Source: Candidatus Heteroclostridium caecigallinarum
GTDB lineage: Bacteria > Bacillota > Clostridia > Christensenellales > CAG-314
Direction of reading: 5' to 3'
Assembly (NCBI GenBank): GCA_904419725.1
Contig: CAJFSP010000003.1
Coordinates: 33,139-97,138, forward strand
Length of the DNA: 64,000 nucleotides
The notes beneath the pieces are model-generated. The model had not been told where the DNA came from, did not search any database, and was given only the letters and a program-made list of their open reading frames with translations. The translations under genes were made by a program, and so were the position numbers. Shown here in pieces: positions 1-9,852 of the stretch (its first letter is position 1; the number at the start of each line of letters is the position of its first letter).

Positions 1-8
1 AGGAATCT

Positions 9-1637
9 ATGAAAAAGAAACTTTTGACAGTGCTTCTGGCGGTCGTCATGGTTTTCGGCACTTTCGGCCTTGTGGCTTGCGGAAGCGGCACCAACCCTGA
101 TGATGACTATAACTACTATGCCAGCAAGTACAATATCGAAGGAGAAATCGGCTTGTCGTCGCTGAACTATTTCGGCGTGCAGAGAATGCTGACCACGGCG
201 GGCAATTTCCTGCTTTATTTCGATACCGAAACCGGCTCTGACGCCGCCAAGAGAATCAAAGCCGTCAATGACGTGGCTGTTGAATGGGGCGTGACTATTT
301 ATCACTTTAACCCTGACCTCAGCGGCGGATTTGCAAGCAACAGCGAAGCGGCTCACGTTCCTGACCTGACCAAAGACTTCACAAACTCCGACAGCGACGA
401 CTATGACGCCGTTATAGCCGGTAGCCAGCTGGCTTTGATTCAGGAGGAACTTATCAAGATGCTCGGCCTTGATACCGACCCTGAAACTCCTGACAATCAG
501 TATCCTGATGTTGTGCCTGACAAGACTGTATTCGCGGTGGAAGGCGCGGCTCCTACTTACAGCGTGCCTAAAAGCGCGCCTGAAGAGCCTAAAGCAGGTG
601 ATTATGTAGCCCCTGAAACTACTTATAAAGCTAGTGTAACCGCTTTCAGTTATGATAAAGCGGCAGACGCAGTGAGAGCGGTTGCGCAGAGAAAACCTAG
701 TTTCGGTCAGTACGCTTCTGACGGCAGCGCGGCGAGCTGGTCTGATGTTGGCCCTGAAGGTTTCCTGACCGAAACCGTCGACACTTTTAACCCGTTTGCC
801 GACGGCAGACTGCATATGTACAACAGCGACCAGAACGTTGACGAATACACCGCAGATAAAACCGATGTGTATGTGCAACTTGCCAACTACGGTCAGTTCG
901 CTTGGCTGCTCGACCACAACGACGGTTACTTTGAAGTGTTCTTCGGCAACGCTTGGTGCGGCAACGCCCAGGCAATCGCCTTCCTGACCAACGACAGAGC
1001 CAAAGATTACGGCATTGACAAAATCTATATGATTGACTCCCGTCTTGACGGCGGTATTGTTTCCGACGCTTATGTCTGGACTGAAAATGAAGACGGTACT
1101 TCTGAATGGGTACTCACCAAAAACTTCCTGACCGGCGGCAGCAAAATGCCTTACGCCAACCTCAACACCAGGGCGGGCGACGCCACGGGCATTAAGTACA
1201 ACTTCAACTATCTGTACGGCACCTTCCTGAGAGATTATCTTGACGCCAACAAAGAAGGCGGCTATGAATCCGAATGGAACATCAGGGGTACCGCGGGCAA
1301 TGAGCTGAATATCACTTTGGGCGCAGAAGGTTCAGCGCCTGTGAAATTCACCAGAATGTGCACGCCTAACATCATGCTGTTCAATGGTGAAGGTGAAAAC
1401 ACCAGAGCCGACCTCGTGGATTTCGCTGAGGCTGAATATTCTTACACCAACACGTTCTATGACGATAACCCTGAAACCATCGCCTGGAACGAAGCGGTGA
1501 GCGCCGTGTTCGAACAGAACCCGTACGCTTATTACAGCCCGCTGGTAACGGCTGACGAAGAAGCCGCTACTTCCGAAGAAGAAGATTCTTCCGATACGGA
1601 AGCGGCCGCTCCTCCTGCAGGCGGCAGCGCTTGCTGA
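9..1637 (+). CDS. Lipoprotein, paralog A of a two-member family (two degenerate thioredoxin-fold-like modules, acidic tail, C-terminal Cys)
   Basis: 542-aa ORF. MKKKLLTVLLAVVMVFGTFGLVAC-GS is a signal peptide with a lipobox Cys. Paralog of 20414..22321: near-identical signal peptide, shared NPxDDYNYY, FFGxAWCxNxQ, TRMCxPNIM and APPAxGG..C-stop motifs. Terminator at 1781..1809. Confidence 0.85.
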   Translation: MKKKLLTVLLAVVMVFGTFGLVACGSGTNPDDDYNYYASKYNIEGEIGLSSLNYFGVQRMLTTAGNFLLYFDTETGSDAAKRIKAVNDVAVEWGVTIYHFNPDLSGGFASNSEAAHVPDLTKDFTNSDSDDYDAVIAGSQLALIQEELIKMLGLDTDPETPDNQYPDVVPDKTVFAVEGAAPTYSVPKSAPEEPKAGDYVAPETTYKASVTAFSYDKAADAVRAVAQRKPSFGQYASDGSAASWSDVGPEGFLTETVDTFNPFADGRLHMYNSDQNVDEYTADKTDVYVQLANYGQFAWLLDHNDGYFEVFFGNAWCGNAQAIAFLTNDRAKDYGIDKIYMIDSRLDGGIVSDAYVWTENEDGTSEWVLTKNFLTGGSKMPYANLNTRAGDATGIKYNFNYLYGTFLRDYLDANKEGGYESEWNIRGTAGNELNITLGAEGSAPVKFTRMCTPNIMLFNGEGENTRADLVDFAEAEYSYTNTFYDDNPETIAWNEAVSAVFEQNPYAYYSPLVTADEEAATSEEEDSSDTEAAAPPAGGSAC

Positions 1638-1780
1638 TTAACAACGTGTGACACTGCGTTGGCAGAGCCGAAGGCAAATCATACTGCTCATCTTGTATAA
1701 CATATTGTTTTCCTTAATTCAGGATTGTGTGTCATACAATTCTTTGCCGAGGCTTTGGCGGTGCGGTTAAACAAACTTAA

Positions 1781-1809
1781 AGGACGGAGAAATCCGTCCT
1801 TTATTTTTT
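1781..1809 (+). terminator. Rho-independent terminator after lipoprotein A
   Basis: aggacgga-gaaa-tccgtcct 8-bp stem followed by ttattttttt. Confidence 0.8.
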
Positions 1810-1915
1810 ATAAGCGGCATATCTCGCTTACGCTTCGATATGTCGCTTGGCTGCGGCGTTTAATAAGCGCCATATCTCGCTTACGCTTCGATATGTCGCT
1901 TGTTCAAGGCGTTTA
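1810..1915. repeat. Tandem 53-bp direct repeat, 2 copies (47/53 identical), each with an internal catatc..gatatg hairpin
   Basis: Unit 1 at 1810-1862 and unit 2 at 1863-1915: ataagcgNcatatctcgcttacgcttcgatatgtcgcttgNNNNNggcgttta. Differences are at position 8 and positions 41-45. Confidence 0.9.
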
Positions 1916-2004
1916 CAAAGTAGAACCAACCCTCAGTCACGCCGATGGCGTGACGGCTCCCTTGCAAAGGGAGCGGGGCAGTGTATTGAAAAATCAAAAG
2001 TTAA

Positions 2005-2041
2005 ATAAAAAAACGCTCCCGAAAGGGAGCGTTTTCCTTTT
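2005..2041. terminator. Bidirectional terminator (ends the minus-strand desulfidase gene; could also end a plus-strand intergenic transcript)
   Basis: aaacgctccc-gaaa-gggagcgttt 10-bp stem with A-run upstream and T-rich run downstream. Confidence 0.8.
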
Positions 2042-2043
2042 GC

Positions 2044-3333
2044 TTATTTTTTGTCTTTTTCCAGCATGATGTCGAGAATTTCTTTGTCTGTCTGAATCAT
2101 GCCCGGGTTTGCCACTCTGCTGATGTTACGGATGCAGTCTTCCGCCGTTTCGCCGCACACGCCGTCGGACACGCGCAGAACCGAGTTGTTTACGGCGAGC
2201 AGTGCGCTCATTACGCCCGCCGCCAGCGAGGTTGCCAGTTTAAGGGCGCAGCCCACTTTGCCGCCGTCGCATATCATGCCGGTTATGGTGCCCGTCATGT
2301 TGCGGATTGCCCAGGCGATTTGCTCGTCGCTGCCGCCCATGAGATAAGTTATCGCCGCCGACGCCGCCGTGGCGGAAGCCAGACTGCACGCGCACATGGC
2401 GGACAGTTTGCCTATGCTGAAATTGATGTAACTGTTGAGCAGGTGCCCGAAAGCCAGCGCCCGTATGAGCGAAAGAGGGGACGAGCCAAGTTCTTTTGCC
2501 GCCTCGCTGATTGGCAGTATCACCGCCAGACCTTTGCTGCCGGCGCCGGCGCTGCTCATGATGGTGTAAGGACAGCCGTCCAGGCGGCCTTCTATCGAAG
2601 AAGCGACTTTGAGCATGATGTTGGTCATCAGGTCGCTTTTGAGGGTTTTGCCCATTTCCTTTTGCAAGGTGGCGGAGATGCCAACGCCGCTCGGGTGGGC
2701 GAGGCTTTCGGCCGCCACGCCCTCGTTCATCCTGACGCCGTCCATGAGAAAAGCCAGGTCGCTTTCGTCGGCGGTGTCGACAAGGGCGCGTATTTCTGCC
2801 ACGGTCATCTGGGCGAGAGCGTCCATCAGCGGATTGCCCGTGGAGCCTGCCGCCGTCTCTTTGGCGAAAACGTCTTTGCCGTTTACCGACACGCGCGTCA
2901 CGTTGGTGTGGGCGTTTTGAATTTCACAGAAGCCCGTGCCGTTAGATGTGACAGCCTCGCACGCGACATACAGCGAGCGCTTGCCACGGTCTATCGTTAC
3001 GGAAACATTGCCGCTTTCGGCGAGTTTCTCCGCCGCCGCGGCCTTTTCCGCCGTAAGGTCGGCGAGGAGTTGCAGACTTTTTTTCGGGTTGGCGAGCGCG
3101 GCGCCTATCGCCGCCGCGTAGTTAAGCCCTACTTTGGAAAAGCCCGGTATGCCCACCGACATGCCGTTTTTGTATATATTTGGGTTGGTCACCACTTTAA
3201 GGCTCTTTACTTCGCCTTTGACGGCGTCAGCCGCCGTCGCCGCCGCCAACGCCACGCATACGGGTTCGGTGCAGCCGAGAGCCGGTACGACGTCCTGGCG
3301 CAAAAGTTCGCACATTTGTTGTTTTGTAAGCAT
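2044..3333 (-). CDS. UPF0597/YhaM (CyuA-type) L-cysteine desulfidase-like protein (serine dehydratase alpha-like)
   Basis: ORF 2044..3357. Start moved to ATG 3333 (GGAGGG 5 nt upstream, MLTKQQM). VVPALGCTEP, LSAMCACS and GMICDGGKVGCALK motifs match the YhaM family. Confidence 0.8.
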   Translation of the reverse strand: MLTKQQMCELLRQDVVPALGCTEPVCVALAAATAADAVKGEVKSLKVVTNPNIYKNGMSVGIPGFSKVGLNYAAAIGAALANPKKSLQLLADLTAEKAAAAEKLAESGNVSVTIDRGKRSLYVACEAVTSNGTGFCEIQNAHTNVTRVSVNGKDVFAKETAAGSTGNPLMDALAQMTVAEIRALVDTADESDLAFLMDGVRMNEGVAAESLAHPSGVGISATLQKEMGKTLKSDLMTNIMLKVASSIEGRLDGCPYTIMSSAGAGSKGLAVILPISEAAKELGSSPLSLIRALAFGHLLNSYINFSIGKLSAMCACSLASATAASAAITYLMGGSDEQIAWAIRNMTGTITGMICDGGKVGCALKLATSLAAGVMSALLAVNNSVLRVSDGVCGETAEDCIRNISRVANPGMIQTDKEILDIMLEKDKK

Positions 3334-3403
3334 TTTTCCCTCCGCGATATATATCAATTATAAAATCCGCTTTGCCGCAAGTCAAGGGGAATTGAAAAGG
3401 GCG

Positions 3404-3432
3404 CAAAAAAACGGCGTTTTGGCGCCGTTTTT
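3404..3432 (-). terminator. Terminator downstream of typA
   Basis: aacggcg/cgccgtt stem. On the minus strand it is followed by ttttttt. Confidence 0.7.
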
Positions 3433-3460
3433 GTCATGCGCGTTTCCGCGCGTATAAAAA

Positions 3461-5281
3461 TCATTTGTCGGCTTTCTGCTTGCTGAGCGCCTTCATGCGC
3501 TGTTCTTTGTTGAGTATGGTTTTGCGCAGACGTATGCTTTCCGGCGTGACCTCGACAAGTTCGTCGTCGGCGATAAACTCAAGGCACTGTTCCAGACTCA
3601 TGTTGACAGGCGGCACAAGTTTAAGCGCTTCGTCGCTGCCGCTGGCGCGGTTGTTTGTCAGCTGCTTCTTTTTGCATACGTTGACGACGAGGTCTTCTTC
3701 CCTGGAATTTTCGCCCACAACCATGCCCTGATACACTTCCACGCCCGGCCCCACGAAAAGGCGGGAGCGTTCCTGCGCGTTGAACAGGCCGTAAGCCGTG
3801 GTTACGCCGTCTTCAAAGCAGACGACGGAGCCGCGGTTGCGCTCGGGCACGTCGCCTTTGTACGGCTCATAATCCTTGAAAATATGGTTCATCACGCCGA
3901 AGCCTTTGGTGTCGGTGAGCATTTCGCTGCGGTAACCGATAAGACAGCGGGCGGGAATGTCGAATTCGAGGCGGGTGGAGCCCAGCCCGTCTGACAGCAT
4001 GTTTGTCATTTCGCCTTTGCGGGCGCCTATTTTGTTGAGCACCGCGCCGACGTACGTATCCGGTACGTCCACCACGAGATGTTCAATCGGTTCGCATTTT
4101 TTGCCGTTTATTTCCTTGAAAATTACCTTCGGGCGCGAAACCTGAAACTCATAGCCCTCACGGCGCATGTTTTCGATGAGTATTGACAGATGCAGTTCGC
4201 CCCTGCCGTAAACTTTGAAGCAGTCTGGGGTGTCGGTTTCTTCCAGGCGCATGCTGACGTTTGTTTCCACTTCTTTGAACAGCCTTGCCCTGAGATGTCT
4301 GCTGGTGACGAATTTGCCTTCCCTGCCCGCAAAAGGGCTGTTGTTGACCATGAACATCATGGAAAGGGTAGGTTCGTCTATTTTTACGAAAGGCAGCGGC
4401 TCCGGCGTTTCGACGTCGCATATCGTTTCGCCTATATTGATGTTTTCAATGCCGCTTATGGCGATGATGTCGCCTATGCTCGCCGACGAAACTTCCACGC
4501 GTTTAAGCCCCTCGAACTGATAGAGTTTGGTGACCTTGCACTGGCGTGAGTTTTCGCCGTGGCAGACGACCGCCTGCTGGCCTGAAACAATCTGCCCCCG
4601 CACGATTTTGCCTATGCCTATCCTGCCGACGTATTCGTCGTAATCTATGTTGCATATCAGCGCCTGCAAACCTCCGTCGGCGTCGCCTTCGGGAGCGGGG
4701 ATTTCTTCGAGTATGGTGTCGAGAAGGGCGTTCATATTGTCGGCGGGGGCGTCGAGGTCCAGCGTCGCCCAGCCCTGCTTGGCGCTGGCGTAAACGGTTT
4801 TGAAGTCAATCTGCTCGTCGGTGGCGCCAAGTTCGATAAACAGTTCAAGCACCTGGTTCAGGAGTTTTTCCTTGTCGCAGCCGCGGTCGGCTTTGTTGAT
4901 GACCACGATTGGCTTTTTGTTGAGGCTGAGCGCCTTTTTAAGCACATATCTGGTCTGCGGCATACAGCCTTCCACAGCGTCGATGAGCAGCAGCACGCCG
5001 TCTATCATGGACAGTATGCGCTCTACTTCGCCGCCGAAATCTGCGTGCCCCGGCGTGTCCACGATGTTTATTTTGGTGCCTTTGTAGTGAATGGCGGTGT
5101 TTTTGGCGAGAATGGTTATTCCGCGCTCTCTTTCAAGGTCGCCGCTGTCCATGACTCTGTCGGCGACGGCTTCGTTGTCGCGGAATATGCCGTTCTGTTT
5201 CAGAAGTTTGTCTACCATCGTCGTTTTGCCGTGGTCGACGTGGGCGATGATGGCGATGTTTCTTACGTCTTGTCTTATCAT
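3461..5281 (-). CDS. typA: Translational GTPase TypA/BipA
   Basis: 606 aa. [14 protein letters not shown] (G1), DTPGHADF (G3), NKADR (G4), full-length BipA-like. GGAG SD 5 nt upstream. Confidence 0.96.
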   Translation of the reverse strand: MIRQDVRNIAIIAHVDHGKTTMVDKLLKQNGIFRDNEAVADRVMDSGDLERERGITILAKNTAIHYKGTKINIVDTPGHADFGGEVERILSMIDGVLLLIDAVEGCMPQTRYVLKKALSLNKKPIVVINKADRGCDKEKLLNQVLELFIELGATDEQIDFKTVYASAKQGWATLDLDAPADNMNALLDTILEEIPAPEGDADGGLQALICNIDYDEYVGRIGIGKIVRGQIVSGQQAVVCHGENSRQCKVTKLYQFEGLKRVEVSSASIGDIIAISGIENINIGETICDVETPEPLPFVKIDEPTLSMMFMVNNSPFAGREGKFVTSRHLRARLFKEVETNVSMRLEETDTPDCFKVYGRGELHLSILIENMRREGYEFQVSRPKVIFKEINGKKCEPIEHLVVDVPDTYVGAVLNKIGARKGEMTNMLSDGLGSTRLEFDIPARCLIGYRSEMLTDTKGFGVMNHIFKDYEPYKGDVPERNRGSVVCFEDGVTTAYGLFNAQERSRLFVGPGVEVYQGMVVGENSREEDLVVNVCKKKQLTNNRASGSDEALKLVPPVNMSLEQCLEFIADDELVEVTPESIRLRKTILNKEQRMKALSKQKADK

Positions 5282-5413
5282 AATTTCTCCGTGTGTTTTA
5301 CCTTTCAGTTATACCGCCAAAACGGCGTTTAGTCAAACGTATGGCCGCCGCGCCGCCGTCATTTTGTTTACAAAAAGTCCGTTTTGCCGCATAATTAACG
5401 TCAGAGGTGTTTT

Positions 5414-6160
5414 ATGGCTTACATGACGGAAAACGGGACTAAATTCGTGCATGAAAACGAAGTGCTCTCTTACGACAGCGACAGGCAGGGCAACGTGAAA
5501 CTCTCTTCGCTGCAAAGGTGGTTTCAGGACGCCGCCGACGGGCACTGCACCCATTTCGGCTGCGATTACGTCACCCTGCGCGAAAAAATGGGAGTGGTGT
5601 TCGTGCTGGTTAAAACAAGTATAAACGTGTATAAACCCATGCGACTGATGGGCAGATATAAAGTCACGACGTGGAACAAGGGGGCAAGCGGCGTGAGATT
5701 TTACCGCGACTTCGAGATAACAGGCGAAAATGGCGAACTCTGCGCCGTGTGCGGCACGAGCTGGGTGCTGGTGTCGCCTGAAAGCAGAAAGATGGTGCGC
5801 CCCGACCACGTGACCTTTCCGGTGACTGTGTGCGGCGACGGCGTGGAAGGCGTGCGCCTCGGCAAAACAGTTATGCCGGCGGCGGAATACGTCGGCGACA
5901 AAAAGGTGATGTATACCGAAGTGGACGTAAACGGGCACCTGACAAACTGGGTCTATCCCGACATCGTGACAAATTTTTTGCCCGACATGAGCGGAAAACG
6001 CGTTGCCGAAATGGATATTTCCTATATAGGCGAGGCGTATGAGGGCGAAACCATTAAGATTTACCGCGCCTTTGACGACGGCGTTTATTATATGCGCGGC
6101 GAACACCCGCGCGGAAAATGCTTCGAGGCGCGGTGCGTGCTGAAAGATATCGAAAAATAA
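5414..6160 (+). CDS. Acyl-ACP thioesterase family protein
   Basis: 248 aa. The two hot-dog halves and size are typical of bacterial FatA/B-like acyl-ACP thioesterases. AGAGGTG SD. Confidence 0.75.
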   Translation: MAYMTENGTKFVHENEVLSYDSDRQGNVKLSSLQRWFQDAADGHCTHFGCDYVTLREKMGVVFVLVKTSINVYKPMRLMGRYKVTTWNKGASGVRFYRDFEITGENGELCAVCGTSWVLVSPESRKMVRPDHVTFPVTVCGDGVEGVRLGKTVMPAAEYVGDKKVMYTEVDVNGHLTNWVYPDIVTNFLPDMSGKRVAEMDISYIGEAYEGETIKIYRAFDDGVYYMRGEHPRGKCFEARCVLKDIEK

Positions 6161-6186
6161 AACGGGGCGTTCGCCCCGTTTTGTCG
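6159..6186 (+). terminator. Terminator after the thioesterase gene
   Basis: aacggggcg..cgccccgtt stem followed by tttt. Confidence 0.75.
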
Positions 6187-6191
6187 TTTGG

Positions 6192-6230
6192 AAAAGAGGA
6201 GCGGGATTTTTCCGCTCCTTTTGGTTTTTG
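6192..6230. terminator. Second hairpin between convergent genes (terminator for the aldehyde dehydrogenase operon)
   Basis: ggagcgg-gattttt-ccgctcc stem flanked by A-run and T-run. Confidence 0.65.
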
Positions 6231-6236
6231 CGGTAT

Positions 6237-7616
6237 TTATTTGAGAAATTTACGGATGAGTTTTTCGCTGCTTTTTTTGTAAGGCTGGTAGCGCATAGGC
6301 AGGTCGAGCCACGTCTTTTTGTCCACAATGCTTTTAGTGTGCGAAAAGGCGTCGAAACCTTCTTTGCCGTGGTAGGAGCCCATGCCGCTTTCGCCCACGC
6401 CGCCGAAGCCCATTTCGCTGGTGGCAAGGTGGATAATCGTGTCGTTTACGCAGCCGCCGCCGAATGAAAGACGGCTTGTCACGGCGTCGATACGGCTCTT
6501 GTCGCCTGAAAATATATAAAGGGCGAGCGGTTTCGGCAGGTTTTTGAGCATGTCGAAAACGTCGGAAAACTTTTTGTAAGTCATGACGGGCAGCACGGGG
6601 CCGAAAATCTCCTGACCCATGACGGCGTCGTTAAAAGTCACGTCCGTCATGACGGTGGGTTCTATCCGCAGGGTTTCGGCGTTTCCGCCGCCGCCGATGA
6701 CGACTTTGTCTTTGTCAATCAGTCCCATGACGCGGGCAAAGTGTTTTTCGTTTATTATTTTGCCGTAATCAGGGTTGTCGAGCGGAGAAGCGCCGAACTG
6801 ACTTACTATTTGCTTTTTGATTTCTTCCACGAGTTTATCTTTGATTTTTTCGTCGCAGAGGATATAGTCTGGCGCGACGCAGGTCTGGCCGCAGTTGAGA
6901 TATTTGCCGAAAACTATGCGCTTGGCGGCGAGTGGGAGTTTTGCCGTGTCGTCTACTATGCAGGGGCTTTTGCCGCCCAGTTCCAATACGGTCGGGGTGA
7001 GATGTTCCGCCGCTTTGCGCATGACTTCTTTGCCAACGCTCTGGCTGCCGGTGAAAAATATCATGTCGAATTTTTTGTCGAGCAGGGCGGAGTTCTCACG
7101 CCGTCCGCCTGTTATTACGGCGACGTATTTCTGGTCGAAACACTCTTCCACGATTTTTCTGACTATTTCGCCCGTAGCGGGTGAATAGGCGCTGGGTTTC
7201 ACGATGGCGGTGTTGCCGGCCGCTATCGCGTCGGCAAGCGGGTCGATTGTCAGCAGAAACGGATAGTTCCACGGGCTCATGATGAGCACGTTGCCGTACG
7301 GCGACGGTTTTTTGTAACTGCGCGAGGCGAACTGCGCCATAGGCGTGCGTACCCGTTTTTCTTTGGCGAATTTGCGGGTGTGCTTAATCATGTAAGTTAT
7401 TTCGGTGAGGGTCAGCCCCGTTTCGCACATAAACCCCTCAAACGCGCTTTTGCCGAGGTCTTTTGTCAGCGCTTCGGCTATTTCGTCCTCATGACTTTTT
7501 ATGCTTTCGCGCAGTTTTTTGAGAGCGTCCACCCTGAAAGACACGGGCAGGGTTTTGCCGCTTTGAAAAAATTCTTTCTGACTTTGAAGTATTTCGTCTA
7601 TATTCTGTATATTCAT
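6237..7616 (-). CDS. NAD(P)+-dependent aldehyde dehydrogenase (class-3-like)
   Basis: 459 aa. ELGGKSPCIVD (catalytic Glu), CGQTCVAPDY (catalytic Cys), FTGS motif. Confidence 0.92.
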   Translation of the reverse strand: MNIQNIDEILQSQKEFFQSGKTLPVSFRVDALKKLRESIKSHEDEIAEALTKDLGKSAFEGFMCETGLTLTEITYMIKHTRKFAKEKRVRTPMAQFASRSYKKPSPYGNVLIMSPWNYPFLLTIDPLADAIAAGNTAIVKPSAYSPATGEIVRKIVEECFDQKYVAVITGGRRENSALLDKKFDMIFFTGSQSVGKEVMRKAAEHLTPTVLELGGKSPCIVDDTAKLPLAAKRIVFGKYLNCGQTCVAPDYILCDEKIKDKLVEEIKKQIVSQFGASPLDNPDYGKIINEKHFARVMGLIDKDKVVIGGGGNAETLRIEPTVMTDVTFNDAVMGQEIFGPVLPVMTYKKFSDVFDMLKNLPKPLALYIFSGDKSRIDAVTSRLSFGGGCVNDTIIHLATSEMGFGGVGESGMGSYHGKEGFDAFSHTKSIVDKKTWLDLPMRYQPYKKSSEKLIRKFLK

Positions 7617-8827
7617 TGCTGTTCACTCCAATCCGCCACGGCGTAATAAAATCGTTCGAGTTCTTTGGCGTTCATAAGCGCCGGCACAGGGTAAAGCGGG
7701 TTGGCTTCGGCGTCGGCGTATTTTGCCATGTGAGGGATATCTTCCTTTTTAATGCCTTTGAGTTTTTCCGGTATGTTCATTTGGGCGTTGAGACTCTTTA
7801 TCGCCCCGATAAATTTTTCGGCGCCTTTTTCGTGGCTGTCGGTTTCGTCGGCTACGCCCGCCGCCACGCCCATGCGGTGCAGTTTTTTGTGGGCTTTTTT
7901 GCCGTAGGCTTCCAGCACATACGGCATCAGCACAGAGTTTGCCAGCCCGTGCGGAATATTGTACTGCCCGCCCAGCGAGTGGGCGACCGCGTGGATATAG
8001 CCGACGTATGATTTGGAAAACGCCACGCCCGCCAGATACGCCGCTTTGAGCATATTTGCGCGCGCGTCATAGTCTTTGCCGTCGTCATACGCCTTTTTTA
8101 TGTTTTGGAAAATGAGTTTTGTCGCTTCCAGCGCTTTTTGCCTCGTCTCTTTGGTGGTGGAACGCCCGATATACGCTTCCACCGCGTGTGTGAGCGCGTC
8201 CATACCGGTGGTGGCGGTGAGGCTCGGAGGCAGCGTGAAAGTAACCGACGGGTCGTGGACGGCGTACCTCGGAATCAGCGAAAAATCGTTCATCGGGTAT
8301 TTGTGGTTATGTTGGCTGTCGGTGATGACCGCCGCCAGCGTTACTTCGCTGCCCGTGCCCGCCGTGGTCGGTATGGCGACAAGCGTCGGGATTTTTCTGA
8401 TGACTTTCAAAGTGCCTTTGAGTTTGGACAGCGGCTTTTTGGGATACGCCACCCTGGCGCCTATGGCTTTGGCGCAGTCCATGGACGAACCGCCGCCGAA
8501 AGCGATGAGGCAGCCGCAGTTTTCTTGGTTGTAAAGCCCCAGCGCTTCTTCCACGTTGGCGACGGTCGGGTTTGCCCTGGTCTTGTCGTATACGACGCAT
8601 TTGACGCCGTGTTCTTCAAGCAGTTTTTCCAGCGGCGCGGTGATGCCTGCCCCGCGCAGCCCCGAGTCCGTCACCAGCATGACCGATTTGACGCCGAGTT
8701 TGTCGGTGAGAGACGCCACGTCGTTTACGCTGTGCATGATTTCGGGTTCTCTGTACGGCAGGAGCGGCAAAGCGGCGCGGAACACCGTCTGAAACGCCCT
8801 GCAGTAAAATTTTTTAAAAACGTTCAT
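7613..8827 (-). CDS. Iron-containing (group III) alcohol dehydrogenase
   Basis: 404 aa. GGGSSMDCAK and AHSLGG..IPHG metal/NAD motifs. 4-nt ATGA overlap with the downstream aldehyde dehydrogenase indicates an operon. Confidence 0.92.
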   Translation of the reverse strand: MNVFKKFYCRAFQTVFRAALPLLPYREPEIMHSVNDVASLTDKLGVKSVMLVTDSGLRGAGITAPLEKLLEEHGVKCVVYDKTRANPTVANVEEALGLYNQENCGCLIAFGGGSSMDCAKAIGARVAYPKKPLSKLKGTLKVIRKIPTLVAIPTTAGTGSEVTLAAVITDSQHNHKYPMNDFSLIPRYAVHDPSVTFTLPPSLTATTGMDALTHAVEAYIGRSTTKETRQKALEATKLIFQNIKKAYDDGKDYDARANMLKAAYLAGVAFSKSYVGYIHAVAHSLGGQYNIPHGLANSVLMPYVLEAYGKKAHKKLHRMGVAAGVADETDSHEKGAEKFIGAIKSLNAQMNIPEKLKGIKKEDIPHMAKYADAEANPLYPVPALMNAKELERFYYAVADWSEQQ

Positions 8828-8981
8828 TCTCCCGGTCTCCTTTGACGTTTATTTATTAACTATATCTTAACGTGCCCGCAAAAAGCAAGCAAAAAACCTC
8901 GCGGCGACAGTTAGTTTGATTTATAACGCAATTTGCGCATATTATAACGATTTTTATAAGGGGGAAATATTTGTTCTGCCG

Positions 8982-9010
8982 TTGACAACGGCGCCGCGCG
9001 GTGCTATCAT
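8982..9010 (+). promoter_or_regulatory. Sigma-A type promoter for the FMN riboswitch-ribU-pdxK transcript
   Basis: TTGACA (8982-8987), 17-nt spacer, extended -10 TGcTATCAT (9002-9010). The riboswitch P1 stem starts 18 nt downstream. Confidence 0.7.
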
Positions 9011-9027
9011 TTACGCAACTTAACAAA

Positions 9028-9218
9028 TATTCTTTGGGCAGGGTAAACCCGACCGGTGGTAATGCCGTTTAGAAACGGACAAGTCCGACAGCCCCAACAG
9101 CCGACACGGTGAGATTCCGTGACCGCCAGTAAAGTCTGAATGGGAAAGAATACGAAATAAGCGGCGAGGTGTATATACCGCCGCCTGACGTCGGCTTCCC
9201 CGAAAAGGGAAGTTTTTT
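9028..9218 (+). ncRNA. FMN riboswitch (RFN element) with terminator-type expression platform
   Basis: P1 tattcttt (9028-9035) pairs with aaagaata (9145-9152). Conserved RFN blocks are gggcagggtaaacccgaccggtggta, agtccg and ggtgagattccgtgaccgccagtaaagtctgaatgggaaag. Downstream hairpin cttccc-cgaaaa-gggaag plus tttttt lies at 9195-9218, just before the ORF. Confidence 0.9.
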
Positions 9219-9261
9219 GTTTTTCCGCGCCTTTTTGTCCTTTGAATAGGGGAGAAGAATC

Positions 9262-9852
9262 ATGAAAGCGAAAGAGTATTTCACAACAAAACGCATTGCC
9301 TTTATGGCGCTGTTCACCGCTCTGGTCGCGATAGCCACCTTTATCATCCAGGTGCCGTCGCCGGCGGGTCAGGGTTATATCAATGTGGGCGACACAATGA
9401 TTTTCGTGTGCGCCGCGCTGTTCGGTCCGCTGTTTTCCTTTGTGGCGGGCGGTCTCGGCAGCGCCATAGCCGACATGTTCGTGGCGCCTTATTACGCGCC
9501 CTTCACGTTTGTGGTGAAAGGGCTGGAAGGGCTTGTCGCCGCTTACATAATAAAAGGGCTGAAAAAGGTCAGGTGCCCGCGTCCGGCCGCTTATGTGACG
9601 GCGTTCGTGGCGGGCGGACTTTTGATGTCGGCGGGGTATATGCTGGTGGAAACGGTTTTGTTCAGCTGGACGCTGGGCGCGGCGAATTTTGTTTACAACC
9701 TTGTGCAGGCGGCGGTCAACATCGTGCTGGGGTTCGCGCTGACGATGGCGTTTTGCAAAATCAGGCCGATAAACAGGCTGCTCGACCTTGACGGCGGCAA
9801 TGCCGCCGGCGTGAAAGAAGGGGAAGAAAAAGATGAAAATCGCGGTGATTAA
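9262..9852 (+). CDS. ribU: ECF transporter S-component, riboflavin-type (RibU-like)
   Basis: 196 aa with about 6 TM helices and the pattern FGPxxGxxxGxxGxxxAD typical of ECF riboflavin S-components. Sits directly behind the FMN riboswitch. GGGGAGAAG SD. Confidence 0.8.
   Translation: MKAKEYFTTKRIAFMALFTALVAIATFIIQVPSPAGQGYINVGDTMIFVCAALFGPLFSFVAGGLGSAIADMFVAPYYAPFTFVVKGLEGLVAAYIIKGLKKVRCPRPAAYVTAFVAGGLLMSAGYMLVETVLFSWTLGAANFVYNLVQAAVNIVLGFALTMAFCKIRPINRLLDLDGGNAAGVKEGEEKDENRGD

Noticed and set aside
1810-1915. Possible CRISPR array
   Set aside because: There are only two directly abutting 53-bp copies with no unique spacers. No cas genes are present in the window.
1725-2069. 114-aa plus-strand ORF in the lipoprotein/desulfidase intergenic region
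   Set aside because: It reads through two rho-independent terminators and the 53-bp tandem repeat. It has no SD and a non-protein-like sequence. I treat the region as non-coding.
5333-6427. 364-aa minus-strand ORF
   Set aside because: It is antisense to the acyl-ACP thioesterase gene and spans two terminator hairpins. Shadow ORF.
9028-9152. Cobalamin or TPP riboswitch assignment for the ribU leader
   Set aside because: GGTGAGATTCC..CCGCCAGTAAAG superficially resembles the B12 box region. However, the full set of blocks (GGGCAGGGT.AAA.CCCGACCGGTGGTA, AGTCCG, AGTCTGAATGGGAAAGAA closing P1) fits the RFN/FMN element. No CTGAGA/ACCTGATCTGGATAATGCCAGC TPP core is present.
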